This document shows positions 12,319 through 25,044 of a stretch of 64,000 bases of DNA, piece after piece. The position numbers and the translations under genes are program-made. Every line of letters starts with the position of its first letter. Position 1 is the first letter of the stretch. Origin of the DNA: an uncultured delta proteobacterium (lineage in GTDB: Bacteria; Desulfobacterota; Desulfuromonadia; Geobacterales; Pseudopelobacteraceae); the NCBI GenBank assembly GCA_963772835.1, contig CAVYYZ010000015.1:1-64000 (forward strand), read 5' to 3'. Below the pieces are notes generated by a model that was not told the DNA's origin, did not search any database, and saw only the letters and a list, made by a program, of their open reading frames with translations.

Positions 12319-14127
12319 CTAGAACTGCTCCCCGTGCCACATGGCCGGTGTAAAACGCGTACAGCGGTTGCGCCCCTGGTCCTTTGAAACGTACAGGGCA
12401 ACATCGGCGTATTTTATGGCCTGCCAGAAAGTTTCGCAATCGGTAGGGTACTCGCTGCAGCCGATGCTGATGGTCTTCTGCAGGACAACCTCCCCGTCGA
12501 TGCGGAAGCGGGTCTGGTAGACCCGGTCACGGATCTTCTCCGACACCAGCAGCGACTCCCCGTCCCGGATATCCAGCAGCACCACCAGGAACTCCTCTCC
12601 GCCGAAGCGGATTACCAGATCCGACTCCCGAACCGCCGAGCGTATGGCGTGGGAGGTCTGCTGCAGGACCTTGTCTCCGGCGGTATGGCCATGGGTGTCG
12701 TTAACCTGCTTGAAATAATCCAGGTCGCACATCAGGAGTCCCATGATCTTGCCGCGACGCTTTACTCCGGCGCAGATGCTCTCCACGCTCTCCTGCAGAA
12801 ACCGCCGGTTGTGCAGGCCGGTCATCTGGTCGATCAGGGCTGAATCGCGCAGGGTCTGCATCAGCCGTTTGGCATCGATCACCGGCAGTGACTCCTTAAC
12901 GAACTGCTCGGCCTTGAAAACGCGGCGCTCGTTCTCCTCGCGGACATCGCTCCCCCCGTTCGGCACCAGGAACTGGACCACCCCCACGGTGCCGCCGCCG
13001 ATTGTCATCGGGATGCAGTAGTGCTCGCGCCCCTCCTGGGTGCGGTAATGCCGGCAGATGGCCGGGAAACCGGCAGAACTGATCAGGTGCCCGGTTTTGC
13101 GGGCCTTGCACAGGTCGGAGTTGTCCAGAATATCGGGGGCGCAGAACATCTCGTTTTCCGCCAGATTCTCGGGGTAGACCGGCAGCATGCGGTTATGGAT
13201 CGAGTCCACCTCGAAAATCACGCACCGCTCCAGTTGCAGGTCGTTGGTGAAGACTCCCCACAGTCGCGCGTACACATCGGTGATTGTGTCATCCTCTTCT
13301 ATGACCTTCTTGAAGATCGTCAGACTGTTGATGGATTGCATCAGGCCGTTGAATTCGGTTGAGAGCAGCCCGATCTCGTCGATGGAGGTGATGGCGATCC
13401 GCTTTGTCAGATCCACATCCCCCTTGCCGCTGGCAATATCGCGCAGTCCGCTGATGACCTTGCCGAGGCGGCCGGTGATGCCGCGGCCGATCATGAAGGC
13501 CATGGTAAGGGTCATGATGCCGAACAGCAGCGCGCCTGCCGACGAAATCAGGCGCAGCCGGTTGATGTCAGCCTGCATGTCATCAAGGTAGATACCGCTC
13601 CCCACGATCCACCCCCAGGGCTGGTACAGTTTCACATAGGAAAGCTTCGGGACCGGATACTTTTCTCCCGGTTTGGGCCACATGTAGCTGACAAATCCGC
13701 TCCCCTGACTCTTGGCAACCGTGACAAATTCCATAAAAAGATGCTTTCCGTTCGGGTCCTTGTACTCCGATACGTTCTGCCCATTAAGTTCGGGGACATT
13801 CGGATGCATGATCATGCGCGGTTCCAGATCGTTGATCCAGAAATACTCCCGCTCGCGATAGCGGATATCCCGAAGGGTATCCGCCGCCCGTTTTTGCGCT
13901 TCCTCTCTGCTTATTTCACCCCGTGCGGCCTGCTGATCAAAGGCGGCAATAAAGCCGTAAGCCACTTCGACAGCGTTGCGGGTGCCGCTCTTTTTACCTT
14001 CCATCAGGCGGTTTTCCATGAGTGGGATGTAATAGGTAAATGTGGCGATCAGCATGACCGCCACACTGATAATGGAAATGGTCATGATCTTGGGAAGGAT
14101 GGGCCAGTTTCTGAAGCGTGTAATCAT
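12319..14127 (-). CDS. Diguanylate cyclase (sCache_2, HAMP, GAF-like, GGEEF)
   Basis: Cache motifs YFWIND...MIMHP, YMWPKPG, KLSYVK, WGWIVGSGIY; DLDYFKQVNDTHGHTAGD; RESD I-site; GGEEF. Confidence 0.9.
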   Translation of the reverse strand: MITRFRNWPILPKIMTISIISVAVMLIATFTYYIPLMENRLMEGKKSGTRNAVEVAYGFIAAFDQQAARGEISREEAQKRAADTLRDIRYREREYFWINDLEPRMIMHPNVPELNGQNVSEYKDPNGKHLFMEFVTVAKSQGSGFVSYMWPKPGEKYPVPKLSYVKLYQPWGWIVGSGIYLDDMQADINRLRLISSAGALLFGIMTLTMAFMIGRGITGRLGKVISGLRDIASGKGDVDLTKRIAITSIDEIGLLSTEFNGLMQSINSLTIFKKVIEEDDTITDVYARLWGVFTNDLQLERCVIFEVDSIHNRMLPVYPENLAENEMFCAPDILDNSDLCKARKTGHLISSAGFPAICRHYRTQEGREHYCIPMTIGGGTVGVVQFLVPNGGSDVREENERRVFKAEQFVKESLPVIDAKRLMQTLRDSALIDQMTGLHNRRFLQESVESICAGVKRRGKIMGLLMCDLDYFKQVNDTHGHTAGDKVLQQTSHAIRSAVRESDLVIRFGGEEFLVVLLDIRDGESLLVSEKIRDRVYQTRFRIDGEVVLQKTISIGCSEYPTDCETFWQAIKYADVALYVSKDQGRNRCTRFTPAMWHGEQF

Positions 14128-14176
14128 CGGTAGACACCCCACACAGTAATGGTATTTCGGGAACGGCATTGTAACA

Positions 14177-16846
<2,670 letters not shown>

Positions 16847-16950
16847 GGGTTTCTCCGGACTGACAACAGCAACTTCAGTAAAATGGGGTTTTATTATACC
16901 TGATTACGTCGTCAATTCAAGGAGTAGTTGAGCACATTGCGACAATGTAT

Positions 16951-16985
16951 AAAAAAAGGAACACCGCATTTTATCCGGTGTTCCT
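16951..16985 (-). terminator. Intrinsic terminator after the cox operon and epimerase
   Basis: AGGAACACCG/CGGTGTTCCT stem with a U-tract on the minus strand. Confidence 0.75.
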
Positions 16986-17025
16986 CTCAGTTTTTGAATC
17001 TATACCCGGGCGTCGGGGAATGTGA

Positions 17026-17910
17026 TCAGGTATCCTGAAGAAATTCAGCGATCCCCGCTTTGAATCGCCGCGGCTCAAAGCCGAAGACACTCTTCCAGGC
17101 ACCGTCACAGATACTCTCCTCCAGCAGCATCTGAAGCTGATCCATGGTGATCGGGAATTGGGGGATGTTCTGTAGAAGAGGTATGAGCCGGTTCATTACG
17201 CCGAGCGGCAGGTGAGGTTTTAACGGCTTCGATCGCCCCATGACTGCGGCGATTGCATCAAGCAGTTCCCCGTAGCTCAGGCGGTCGGGTCCGCATAATT
17301 CATACGTCCGACCGGACGATCCCGGCATCTCCAATGCGAGCGTAAAGCAGCGGGCAACGTCATCGGCATGGATCGGTTGAAGCCGGTAACTGCCGCTGCC
17401 GATGACCGGCATAACCGGGGCACGCCGCAGCTGAGCCGCCAGCATGTTGACAAACGCATCATGCGGACCGAATATCAGTGATGGGCGGAAAATTGTCCAC
17501 TCCAGACCGCTCCCCCGAACAAGCTCCTCTGCCCGCCATTTTGTCCGGTGATAGCTTGAAACCGCATCCGGCCGCGTCCCCAGAGCCGACATCTGAAGAT
17601 AGCGGCTGATACCGGCCTTCCGGGTGGCCTCCAGGATGTTCGCAGTGGCCTGAACATGGAGACGATCGAAGGTGGCCCCCTGTGAAGGGAACTCCCGGAT
17701 GATGCCGACCAGATTGATGACAGCATGGCACTCTCCCAAACTCTCTTCGAAGGATTCGAGCCGGGTGACATCCCCCGTGACCTGCTCGACCTCCCCGCGG
17801 ATCGGGCTGCGGTTATGCACCAGGGTGCGCACGGAATGGCCGTTACTCTGCAGCTCCCTGACCAGATGCTCCCCGACGAACCCCGTCCCACCGGCGATAA
17901 AAATCTTCAT
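17026..17910 (-). CDS. NAD(P)-binding atypical SDR, NDUFA9-like family
   Basis: GGTGFVG Rossmann motif, VINLVGII, YHRTKWRAEE, RPSLIFG. Confidence 0.85.
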   Translation of the reverse strand: MKIFIAGGTGFVGEHLVRELQSNGHSVRTLVHNRSPIRGEVEQVTGDVTRLESFEESLGECHAVINLVGIIREFPSQGATFDRLHVQATANILEATRKAGISRYLQMSALGTRPDAVSSYHRTKWRAEELVRGSGLEWTIFRPSLIFGPHDAFVNMLAAQLRRAPVMPVIGSGSYRLQPIHADDVARCFTLALEMPGSSGRTYELCGPDRLSYGELLDAIAAVMGRSKPLKPHLPLGVMNRLIPLLQNIPQFPITMDQLQMLLEESICDGAWKSVFGFEPRRFKAGIAEFLQDT

Positions 17911-17934
17911 GTTGCTTCCTTTCTGTTGAACCTG

Positions 17935-18759
17935 TCAGTAGAATTTCTGGATCACCAGCAGCAGCGTCACCAGCAGCGGAAAACAGTTGATATAGGGAAA
18001 GAACAGATTTCCGGAGCGAAACAGGGAAAGAAAAAAGATCGGCAGCGGAAAAAGAGCATACCAGAGAGCGCCGGGGCGGGTGATGATACCAAAGGCCGGC
18101 AGGAGCATGGAACCGGCAGAAAATGCAGCTACCCAGATCCAGAAAAAGTAGCTGAAACCCCCACTCCCCCTGGTTTCTAACAGAGGTATCCCCGCCCGTC
18201 GGTACTCTGCGGCGTGACGCCGCTGAAACAGCCAGAAATGGGGAACCTGCCAGAGGAACAGCAGACCGGCCAGCGTGATGACCCGATAATCACCGGGATG
18301 ACCGCCGGCCATGCACCAGCCGATCAGCGGCGGAAATGCTCCGCAGAGTGCACCGATCGGCAGCGCCAGGGAGGTTTTGGGTTTCAGCGGTGTATAGACA
18401 GCCAGATACCAGATCAGAGCAGCGCCGCCGAGCAGCGCAGTGACGGCGCTTCCCGCAACAGCCAGCAGCAGAAGACCGGCCAGGATTGCGGCTCCGCCTG
18501 TTGCGGAAGCGCCCGCTGGAGTCAACAACCCCTGCGGCACGGGTCGCATCCTGGTTCGTGTCATCCGGGTATCCAGATCGCGCTCAATTACCTGATTCAA
18601 TGCTGATCCGCCGGCGGCCAGCAGAGATACGCCGGCAAAGGCCGCCACAGCTGGAAACATCTCAAAAGGGGCAGGAAAAAGGAGATAGCCGGCCACAGCG
18701 GAGACTCCATTCAGGAGCGACAGCTTCAGCCGGAATAATGTGAAAAGAGCGCGGGTCAT
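17935..18759 (-). CDS. ctaB: Protoheme IX farnesyltransferase (heme o synthase)
   Basis: NQVIERDLDTRMTRTRMRP, VYTPLK, GAFPPLIGW, WQVPHFW (UbiA family); inside the cox operon. Confidence 0.9.
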   Translation of the reverse strand: MTRALFTLFRLKLSLLNGVSAVAGYLLFPAPFEMFPAVAAFAGVSLLAAGGSALNQVIERDLDTRMTRTRMRPVPQGLLTPAGASATGGAAILAGLLLLAVAGSAVTALLGGAALIWYLAVYTPLKPKTSLALPIGALCGAFPPLIGWCMAGGHPGDYRVITLAGLLFLWQVPHFWLFQRRHAAEYRRAGIPLLETRGSGGFSYFFWIWVAAFSAGSMLLPAFGIITRPGALWYALFPLPIFFLSLFRSGNLFFPYINCFPLLVTLLLVIQKFY

Positions 18760-19673
18760 TTGACGCTTTTTATAAACCCGATCAGCGCCGATATCTGCTC
18801 GTCAGTCATATCGGGGTTACCCGGCATGATCGGCGGAAAGCCTTCTACAATCGTCGCCGCAGGCTGACGGATCGATTCCTTCAGGAAAGCCTCGTCAGCG
18901 GTAACGGTCACCGTCTTTCCCTCTTTCACAACCGTCACCTGGCTCGCAAAAAGCCCTTTGAAAGTCGGACCGACTCCGCGACTGCCGTCCAGCGAATGAC
19001 AGCCGAGACATCCTTTCTCCGTCGCAATCTTCTTCCCGTCAAGTGTTTCTCCTGCTGCCCCCGCTTTCCCCTCCTGGAGCCAGGAGGCAAACTGCTCCTC
19101 CGGCAGCGCTTCAACGGTTGTTACCATGGCTGAGTGTTGGGTACCGCAATACTGGGAGCAGAAGAGATCATAGCTGCCCGGTTTCACAGCCACAAACCAG
19201 GCGTAATTACTCATACCGGGCACGACATCGCGTTTGACCCGAAAGGCCGGGAGGAAAAAACCGTGGATGACGTCCTGTGATACCAGTTCCACACGCACCG
19301 GTTTACCCACCGGCACATACAGTTTGGGACTGGTTTTGCCAGTGGAATACGTGAAATTCCAGGACCACATGCGTGCAGTTGCGGTCACCGGGAGCGCATC
19401 CTTCGGGACGGTGCGGAGCACGACATATTCTTTCCAGCCGTACCAGAACATTGCCAGCACCAGAATACTTGGCAGTACAATCCAGACGATCTCCAGCCAG
19501 ATATTGCCATCGTTCTGTGAGGTGGGGTGCGGCGCCCGTGAGCGATGGTAGCGCAGTACAAAAAATGCCATGACGACGGTAATGCCGAGCAGCAGTACGA
19601 GGCAGGCACCGAAGATGAACATGAATACCGGGTCGATTGCCTCGGTGGTGGTTATGAGTGTCTTTTGATTCAC
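18756..19673 (-). CDS. coxB: Cytochrome c oxidase subunit II with CuA site and fused cytochrome c
   Basis: DVIHGF, CSQYCGTQHSAM CuA ligands, CLGCH heme c motif; GTG start. Confidence 0.93.
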   Translation of the reverse strand: MNQKTLITTTEAIDPVFMFIFGACLVLLLGITVVMAFFVLRYHRSRAPHPTSQNDGNIWLEIVWIVLPSILVLAMFWYGWKEYVVLRTVPKDALPVTATARMWSWNFTYSTGKTSPKLYVPVGKPVRVELVSQDVIHGFFLPAFRVKRDVVPGMSNYAWFVAVKPGSYDLFCSQYCGTQHSAMVTTVEALPEEQFASWLQEGKAGAAGETLDGKKIATEKGCLGCHSLDGSRGVGPTFKGLFASQVTVVKEGKTVTVTADEAFLKESIRQPAATIVEGFPPIMPGNPDMTDEQISALIGFIKSVK

Positions 19674-19682
19674 GTCATCCCC

Positions 19683-19964
19683 TCAGCGGTAGAGTACATC
19701 AAAAAAGGTGAAGCCGATAAAAATGGCCAGAGTCACCAGAGTAAGAAACAGCAGCCAGCGGAGCAGCCGACCTTCGTATTTCATGTGCATGAACACGGCG
19801 ATGACCAATCCCGACTTGGCGCAGGCGATGGTCAACGCTCCCAGCACCTTGTACCCCCCGAGGTCCACCCGGGTGATTGCTACGGTCAGGGCGGTCAGGA
19901 GCAGCAGCACGAACCAGATGCCGAGCAGTTTTTTATTACTTACGATGTGGTGCTGTTCGTTCAT
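19683..19964 (-). CDS. coxD: Cytochrome c oxidase subunit IV
   Basis: LLLLTALTV...AKSGLVIAVFMHMKYE; start re-called at MNEQHH (19964). Confidence 0.85.
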   Translation of the reverse strand: MNEQHHIVSNKKLLGIWFVLLLLTALTVAITRVDLGGYKVLGALTIACAKSGLVIAVFMHMKYEGRLLRWLLFLTLVTLAIFIGFTFFDVLYR

Positions 19965-19973
19965 AGTCGGCCC

Positions 19974-20074
19974 GTTACAGAATAAGGTAATAAGCGGGAA
20001 GATGAATATCCAGATCAGGCCAACAAGGTGCCAGTACAGCGCCCCGTTCTCCAGGAGAATATAGTTTTCACCGG
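19974..20074. repeat. Degenerate duplicate of the coxC 3' end (direct repeat with 21841-21942)
   Basis: About 101 bp with roughly 6 differences, including a 1-bp deletion and a D-to-G change; both copies end at the coxC stop codon. Confidence 0.92.
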
Positions 20075-20106
20075 ATAATTCTGGACTGCACATTCATCCA
20101 GCATAG

Positions 20107-21390
20107 CTACAACAGAGAGTGATGTTCCTGAACCCGCTTCGTCTCAACCAGATTCACCCCGGCCTGCACGGCAAAATCGGGCCAGGCGGCAACGGCTTCC
20201 CGCACCTGTGTCAGGACTTTCGGCGCCGTGCCGATACCAAACCGGTCGGCAACCGCCAGCAGATCAGAACGCGAAATACCGGTAAACTGCCCGTTCACCG
20301 CCATAAGATGCTGAAAGGTCCATTCTCCCGCCGGGTTAAAGGCGAATGTCACATCGTAGGCAGGCGCCAGATCCCACTGCATTCCCTCCCGCAACATGAA
20401 TGAAATATTCTTGGTATGGTCATCGCAGTTGGACGCCATGACATTGAAGGCCATGCGCCGAAACGCCTCTTCACGTGCCGCGTAATCCAGATCCAGGCGG
20501 ATAACAGTCTGCAGGAACTGGCTGTAGTCATGGCTGGCCTTCTGCTTGTAATCCAGATGAGACATGGCGCAGAGGGTCTGCAGATGGTGCTTGCGGTTAC
20601 CCTGTCGATCGAAGCGCTGCGTCATGAAATGCGCCCGACCGTTCTCTTCCAGCAGGCGACAGGGTGACATGGTGATTCCTGCGGCGCACGCCATCAGATA
20701 GTAGGCGTATTCGATGCGGCCATAATCCTGTGTGCCGCCAAGCTCACGATCAGCACCCATACCGTCGAACTTGAGCAGCCAGTGTTCAAACCCGGGCTCC
20801 ACATCAAACTGGCCGGGCCGGATCTCGTCAGTGGCTGGATTCCAGGCGATGGCCGCTTTGGCACGTGCGCCACCCGCCGATGTTCCAACCTGAATGATCT
20901 GGGCCAGTGCTGCCTTGGCGAGGTGGTCCGCGCCGAACTCGCCGTGTACCGCCTGTCGGGCGCTCTCCACCAGACGGGAAAGTTTGATGGCCGTAGTGCT
21001 GGAAATGACTGGTGTGCGGGCCGGCTTGAATTCAAGTGCGCCCATGCCGCGTTTTCCCATATAGGCCAGACGGTCAAGCGGCGTCACCTGCGCCTTGTCG
21101 ATGCCCTTGCCGGCCATCCAGGCATCAATCAGAGCGTTGCCGAAATCATCCGGCAGGACATCGGCCAGTAGTGCCGGTAGACGCCTGAAACTCATCTCGG
21201 GAAGATCAACAAAAACAAACGGTTCCCGAGCTTCGGACAACGGCATGGCAAGCGGCGCAAGCTCGATACCGGATGTAACAAAGCGGCTGTCGTACTCGAA
21301 AGCGTAATAACCCAGAGTCGGTACCAGGGCCACTGCACCGACGGTCTTGTCCCAGATGCGCACCTCAATGGCCTGGACCGGTTTATACAT
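20107..21390 (-). CDS. hipA: HipA-family Ser/Thr kinase toxin
   Basis: GTSAGGARAK loop, WLLKFD, NCDDHTKNISF, LAPAYD; N-terminal couple_hipA-like region. Confidence 0.9.
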   Translation of the reverse strand: MYKPVQAIEVRIWDKTVGAVALVPTLGYYAFEYDSRFVTSGIELAPLAMPLSEAREPFVFVDLPEMSFRRLPALLADVLPDDFGNALIDAWMAGKGIDKAQVTPLDRLAYMGKRGMGALEFKPARTPVISSTTAIKLSRLVESARQAVHGEFGADHLAKAALAQIIQVGTSAGGARAKAAIAWNPATDEIRPGQFDVEPGFEHWLLKFDGMGADRELGGTQDYGRIEYAYYLMACAAGITMSPCRLLEENGRAHFMTQRFDRQGNRKHHLQTLCAMSHLDYKQKASHDYSQFLQTVIRLDLDYAAREEAFRRMAFNVMASNCDDHTKNISFMLREGMQWDLAPAYDVTFAFNPAGEWTFQHLMAVNGQFTGISRSDLLAVADRFGIGTAPKVLTQVREAVAAWPDFAVQAGVNLVETKRVQEHHSLL

Positions 21391-21694
21391 GGGAAGGCCA
21401 TTTGCTTTTTGAAGCACGTTGTCGCGGCTGTTTTGCCTTAAGCATCTGCATCGGGCTGATGTCTACCATCGGCGCCAGGGTTGCAAGCCAGTCAGTCCGC
21501 CCAAGCGAACGCAGAACCTTCACCAGAGAGGACACCGTCGCCCCTCTGCCGTTTTCCAGGTTCTTTACGGCATTGAGCGCAACACCGGCCTGTTCTGCAA
21601 GCTGGCGCTGATCTACGTTGCGGCGCAGACGCAGAGCGCGCAGCTGCTGCCCGAATTCAACTTCCATCTCTTCTGCTGTTTTTGCACTTTGCAT
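21383..21694 (-). CDS. XRE-family HTH antitoxin (HipB-like)
   Basis: LRALRLRRNVDQRQLAEQAGVALNAVKNLENG; overlaps the hipA start. Confidence 0.85.
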   Translation of the reverse strand: MQSAKTAEEMEVEFGQQLRALRLRRNVDQRQLAEQAGVALNAVKNLENGRGATVSSLVKVLRSLGRTDWLATLAPMVDISPMQMLKAKQPRQRASKSKWPSHV

Positions 21695-21740
21695 AAGAAT
21701 CCTTATTAGGTTCTTTGATGCAATAAAATATAATCAATAT

Positions 21741-21769
21741 ACTTATATTAGTCCACTAATAATATAAGT
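21741..21769. promoter_or_regulatory. Candidate antitoxin operator (perfect 10-bp inverted repeat)
   Basis: ACTTATATTA-N9-TAATATAAGT in the AT-rich region upstream of the HTH gene. Confidence 0.6.
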
Positions 21770-21841
21770 CGCACACACAGTTCATATCGCTGCAACAGAG
21801 GGTGGTATCCCCTCAAATACAATCGCTGCCGAACGCCGCAG

Positions 21842-22444
21842 TCACAGAATAAGGTAATACAGCGGGAAGATGAATATCCAGATCAGGTCAACAAGATGCC
21901 AGTACAGCGCCCCGTTCTCCATGAGAATATAGTTTTCGCCGGTGACCGAGCCGCCCCGCATTTTGAATGCAATCGTGGCAAGCAGCGCTCCGCCGATCAG
22001 TACGTGCAGCCCGTGAATGCCGGTGGTCAGAAAATACAGGCTGAAAAAAACAGATTCCCCCGGCGCTCCGCCTCTCAGATGTTCGGAGCCGGGATAAATG
22101 CCGTGGCCGATCTTACCGCTCCATTCGATATACTTAATGACCATGAAGCCGGCGGCACAGAGGATTGTACCTCCGATCAGCGCGACGGCCCGGCGCAACT
22201 CACTCCGCTGCACGGCGGTCAGCGCCATGGCGGCACAGAGACTGCTGGTGAGCAGAATCATCGTGTTGGCTGCACCCATAACCCAGTCAAGCTGTTTTCC
22301 CCCTGCGGCAAACTCGTGAGGATAGCGCTTGAGATACACCGCATACAGCAGGAAGAGCCCGCCGAACAGCAGCAGCTCGGTGAAGAGGAACAGCCACATG
22401 CCGAGCTTGGCACCGGCGTAATCTTTGTGCGGGTGGGGTGTCAT
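21842..22444 (-). CDS. coxC: Cytochrome c oxidase subunit III
   Basis: LGMWLFLFTELLLFGGLF, NTMILLTSS, TGIHGLHV, LYWHLVDLIWIFIFPLYYL; start overlaps the coxA stop (ATGA). Confidence 0.92.
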   Translation of the reverse strand: MTPHPHKDYAGAKLGMWLFLFTELLLFGGLFLLYAVYLKRYPHEFAAGGKQLDWVMGAANTMILLTSSLCAAMALTAVQRSELRRAVALIGGTILCAAGFMVIKYIEWSGKIGHGIYPGSEHLRGGAPGESVFFSLYFLTTGIHGLHVLIGGALLATIAFKMRGGSVTGENYILMENGALYWHLVDLIWIFIFPLYYLIL

Positions 22445-24060
22445 CGCCCGATCCCCTTGAAATCGTACGGCCCGCGGGTCACGACCGGTTCCTTGACAAA
22501 ATTCTCCGTCGGCGGCGGCGTCGGGACACTCCACTCAAGTGATGCCCCTCCCCATGGATTCCCCTCGAACGGCACCCCCCACCAAATTCCCCGAAACAGG
22601 TTTACCATCATGATAACCAATCCGACCGCCAGGATCCAGCTGCCGACCGTAGCAACCAGGTTGAGGGTGGCAAACTCCGGCAGGTAATCATAGTAGCGGC
22701 GCGGCATCCCTTTCATCCCCAGTACCTGCATGGTGAAGTAGAGGATATTGAATCCGGTGAACATCAGCGCCCAGGCAACGAGGGCCGGTTTTTCAGCGTA
22801 ACGGCGGCCGTAGAACTTCGGCAGCCAGTAATGCATGGCGGCGAAGAAGGCGAATGCGGTGCCGCCGAACATGACATAGTGGAAGTGACCAACGACAAAA
22901 TGTGTATCGTGAACGTGGATATCGGTCGCCGCAGCGCCGAGGATCAACCCGCTTAACCCCCCGATGGAGAAGAGCAGGATAAATGAAAGGGCGAACAACA
23001 TCGGGGCTTCCAGAGAAATAGACCCTTTGTAGAGTGTTGAAACCCAGTTGAACACCTTGATGGCGGACGGTATGGCGACAATGAAGGTAAGAAACGAGAA
23101 TATCATGACAGCGGTGTCGCTCATGCCGCTGGTGAACATATGATGCCCCCAGACCAGCGACCCGGCGGCGGCAATGGCGAGACTGGAGAATGCAATCATC
23201 TTGTAGCCGAAGGCCGGTTTGCGGGAGAAGACCGGAATGATATCTGAAATGATACCCATCGCCGGCAGGATCATGATGTAAACCGCCGGGTGCGAGTAGA
23301 TCCAGAACAGGTGCTGGTACATGACCGGATCGCCCCCTCTGGCGGGGTCGAACAGACCGGTTCCGAGTATCCGCTCCGCCATGACCAGGACCAGGGTAAT
23401 GGCCAGAATCGGCGTCGCCAGGATCTGTACCCATGCCGTCGCATACAGCGACCAGGTGAAGAGCGGCAGTCGGCCCCAGGTCATCCCCTCGGCCCGAAGG
23501 CGGTGGATGGTGGTGACAAAGTTGACCCCAGTCAGGATGGATGAAAAACCGATGATGAAAACCCCGAATACCGCCAGAGAAACGTTGGTACCGGTGCGGG
23601 AGCTGAATGGGACGTAAAAGGTCCAGCCGGTATCGGGGGCCCCGCCGCCGCTGAAGAGAGAGGTCAGTACAATCAGTGCACCGAAGATATACAGCCACCA
23701 GGAAAGCAGATTAAGACGCGGGAAGGAGACGTCGCGGGCCCCGACCTGAATCGGCATGATCATGTTGCCGAATGCTCCGGGAATTCCGGGAATAATAAAG
23801 AGGAATATCATGACTACACCATGCACCGTAAAAAGGGCATTATAGGTCTGCGGCCCCATAATTGTCCGGCCCGGCGCCATGAGTTCGATGCGCAGGAGCA
23901 GACCCAGCAGTACTCCGATCAGAAAAAATCCGAGTGTAGAATAGAAGTAGAGCAGGCCGATCCGTTTATGGTCGGTGGAAAATATCCAGGAGGTGATGCC
24001 GGTTTTACCGGTATCGTTCCAGAAGCTGCTGAGGGGTTCAGACTGCTTGCTTTCAGTCAT
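22441..24060 (-). CDS. coxA: Cytochrome c oxidase subunit I, type A2
   Basis: STDHKRIG, HGVVMIF, GWTFY, YSHPAVY (A2 YS motif), VWGHHM, HDTHFVVGHFHY, GMPRRY. Confidence 0.95.
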   Translation of the reverse strand: MTESKQSEPLSSFWNDTGKTGITSWIFSTDHKRIGLLYFYSTLGFFLIGVLLGLLLRIELMAPGRTIMGPQTYNALFTVHGVVMIFLFIIPGIPGAFGNMIMPIQVGARDVSFPRLNLLSWWLYIFGALIVLTSLFSGGGAPDTGWTFYVPFSSRTGTNVSLAVFGVFIIGFSSILTGVNFVTTIHRLRAEGMTWGRLPLFTWSLYATAWVQILATPILAITLVLVMAERILGTGLFDPARGGDPVMYQHLFWIYSHPAVYIMILPAMGIISDIIPVFSRKPAFGYKMIAFSSLAIAAAGSLVWGHHMFTSGMSDTAVMIFSFLTFIVAIPSAIKVFNWVSTLYKGSISLEAPMLFALSFILLFSIGGLSGLILGAAATDIHVHDTHFVVGHFHYVMFGGTAFAFFAAMHYWLPKFYGRRYAEKPALVAWALMFTGFNILYFTMQVLGMKGMPRRYYDYLPEFATLNLVATVGSWILAVGLVIMMVNLFRGIWWGVPFEGNPWGGASLEWSVPTPPPTENFVKEPVVTRGPYDFKGIGR

Positions 24061-24105
24061 AATCAGTATCCTTGAACCAGGACAAGCCGGAATAAAAAAT
24101 CTGTT

Positions 24106-24190
24106 TCACGCGACGATGCAACGAAAGGCTTTAAAACAAAATTCTTTGGTTACAGTTTTTAAAACGTTGCGGCGGCGCGGCGATGCGTGA
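24106..24190. repeat. Small imperfect palindromic intergenic element
   Basis: TCACGCGACGATGCAACG...CGTTGCGGCGGCGCGGCGATGCGTGA around an AT-rich core. Confidence 0.4.
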
Positions 24191-24201
24191 GGAAAGCCGT
24201 T

Positions 24202-25044
24202 TTATTTCTTTTTTCGGGTACGTCGTTTCCCGCCAAAAATCAGAAAAGTCAGAAATCCACCGGTACAGATGATGACAACAGTAGCACTAACCCGCAATAG
24301 ATTAAAAGCATATGTTTTTTGCTCCGGATCGAAAGTAAAACAATAGCTGACAATCTTCCGGATTGTGGTCCCCGACGTGCCATCCCGCGCCTCGATCAAG
24401 GCCAGTGCAAGATCCTTGGAGAGAAAAGTTGTGCCGTACAGGTAGCGCACAATGGTGCCGTCTCCGGTGATAATAAAGCTGGCTGACGGATGAATAAAAT
24501 CCCGCCCCCGGCGTTGAAACCCATATCCGGCTGCCCTTGTAAGCCTCTGAATACTTTCCGCATCGCCTGTCAGAAAGCGCCAGCCATCCGCAGGAAAGTC
24601 GGCATGCATAGCGGTCAGATACACCCGCTTGAACTTGGCCGCCAGTTGCGGAGAATCCTTTTCATCAAAGCTGACTGAGATGACCCGGTAATCAACACCC
24701 GGACGGCTCTTGATTTTGGGGAGAACCTGCGCCAACCCCCACTGCAGATTATAACAGACATTTGTACAGCTGTAATAGACCGGCAGGATAACTGTCGGGC
24801 CGGTGACCAGCTCAGACAGTCTGACAGGTGTGCCGGCCTCATCCCGGAAGGTGATGTCAAGCGGGATTCTGGACCCGAGCTTCTCATCGATACCGATCAT
24901 TGTTTCTTCAACGCTCTCTGCAGAAGCTTCACCATAATAGAAGCAGAACAGCAGAAGTCCCAGGATGAGTAACGTCCGCACAGGATGCCGTGTCACTGCA
25001 GTGTCGGAAATGACGCACGCGGTACGGGGTGAGGTATCAGTCAT
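24202..25044 (-). CDS. SCO/SenC family copper chaperone
   Basis: YYSCTNVC (CxxxC), WRFLTG, FIH; first gene of the cox cluster. Confidence 0.88.
   Translation of the reverse strand: MTDTSPRTACVISDTAVTRHPVRTLLILGLLLFCFYYGEASAESVEETMIGIDEKLGSRIPLDITFRDEAGTPVRLSELVTGPTVILPVYYSCTNVCYNLQWGLAQVLPKIKSRPGVDYRVISVSFDEKDSPQLAAKFKRVYLTAMHADFPADGWRFLTGDAESIQRLTRAAGYGFQRRGRDFIHPSASFIITGDGTIVRYLYGTTFLSKDLALALIEARDGTSGTTIRKIVSYCFTFDPEQKTYAFNLLRVSATVVIICTGGFLTFLIFGGKRRTRKKK

Noticed and set aside
19683..20093. 136-aa CoxC-CoxD fusion ORF
   Set aside because: The N-terminal part is the decayed duplicate of the coxC 3' end read through a 1-bp deletion; coxD starts at 19964.
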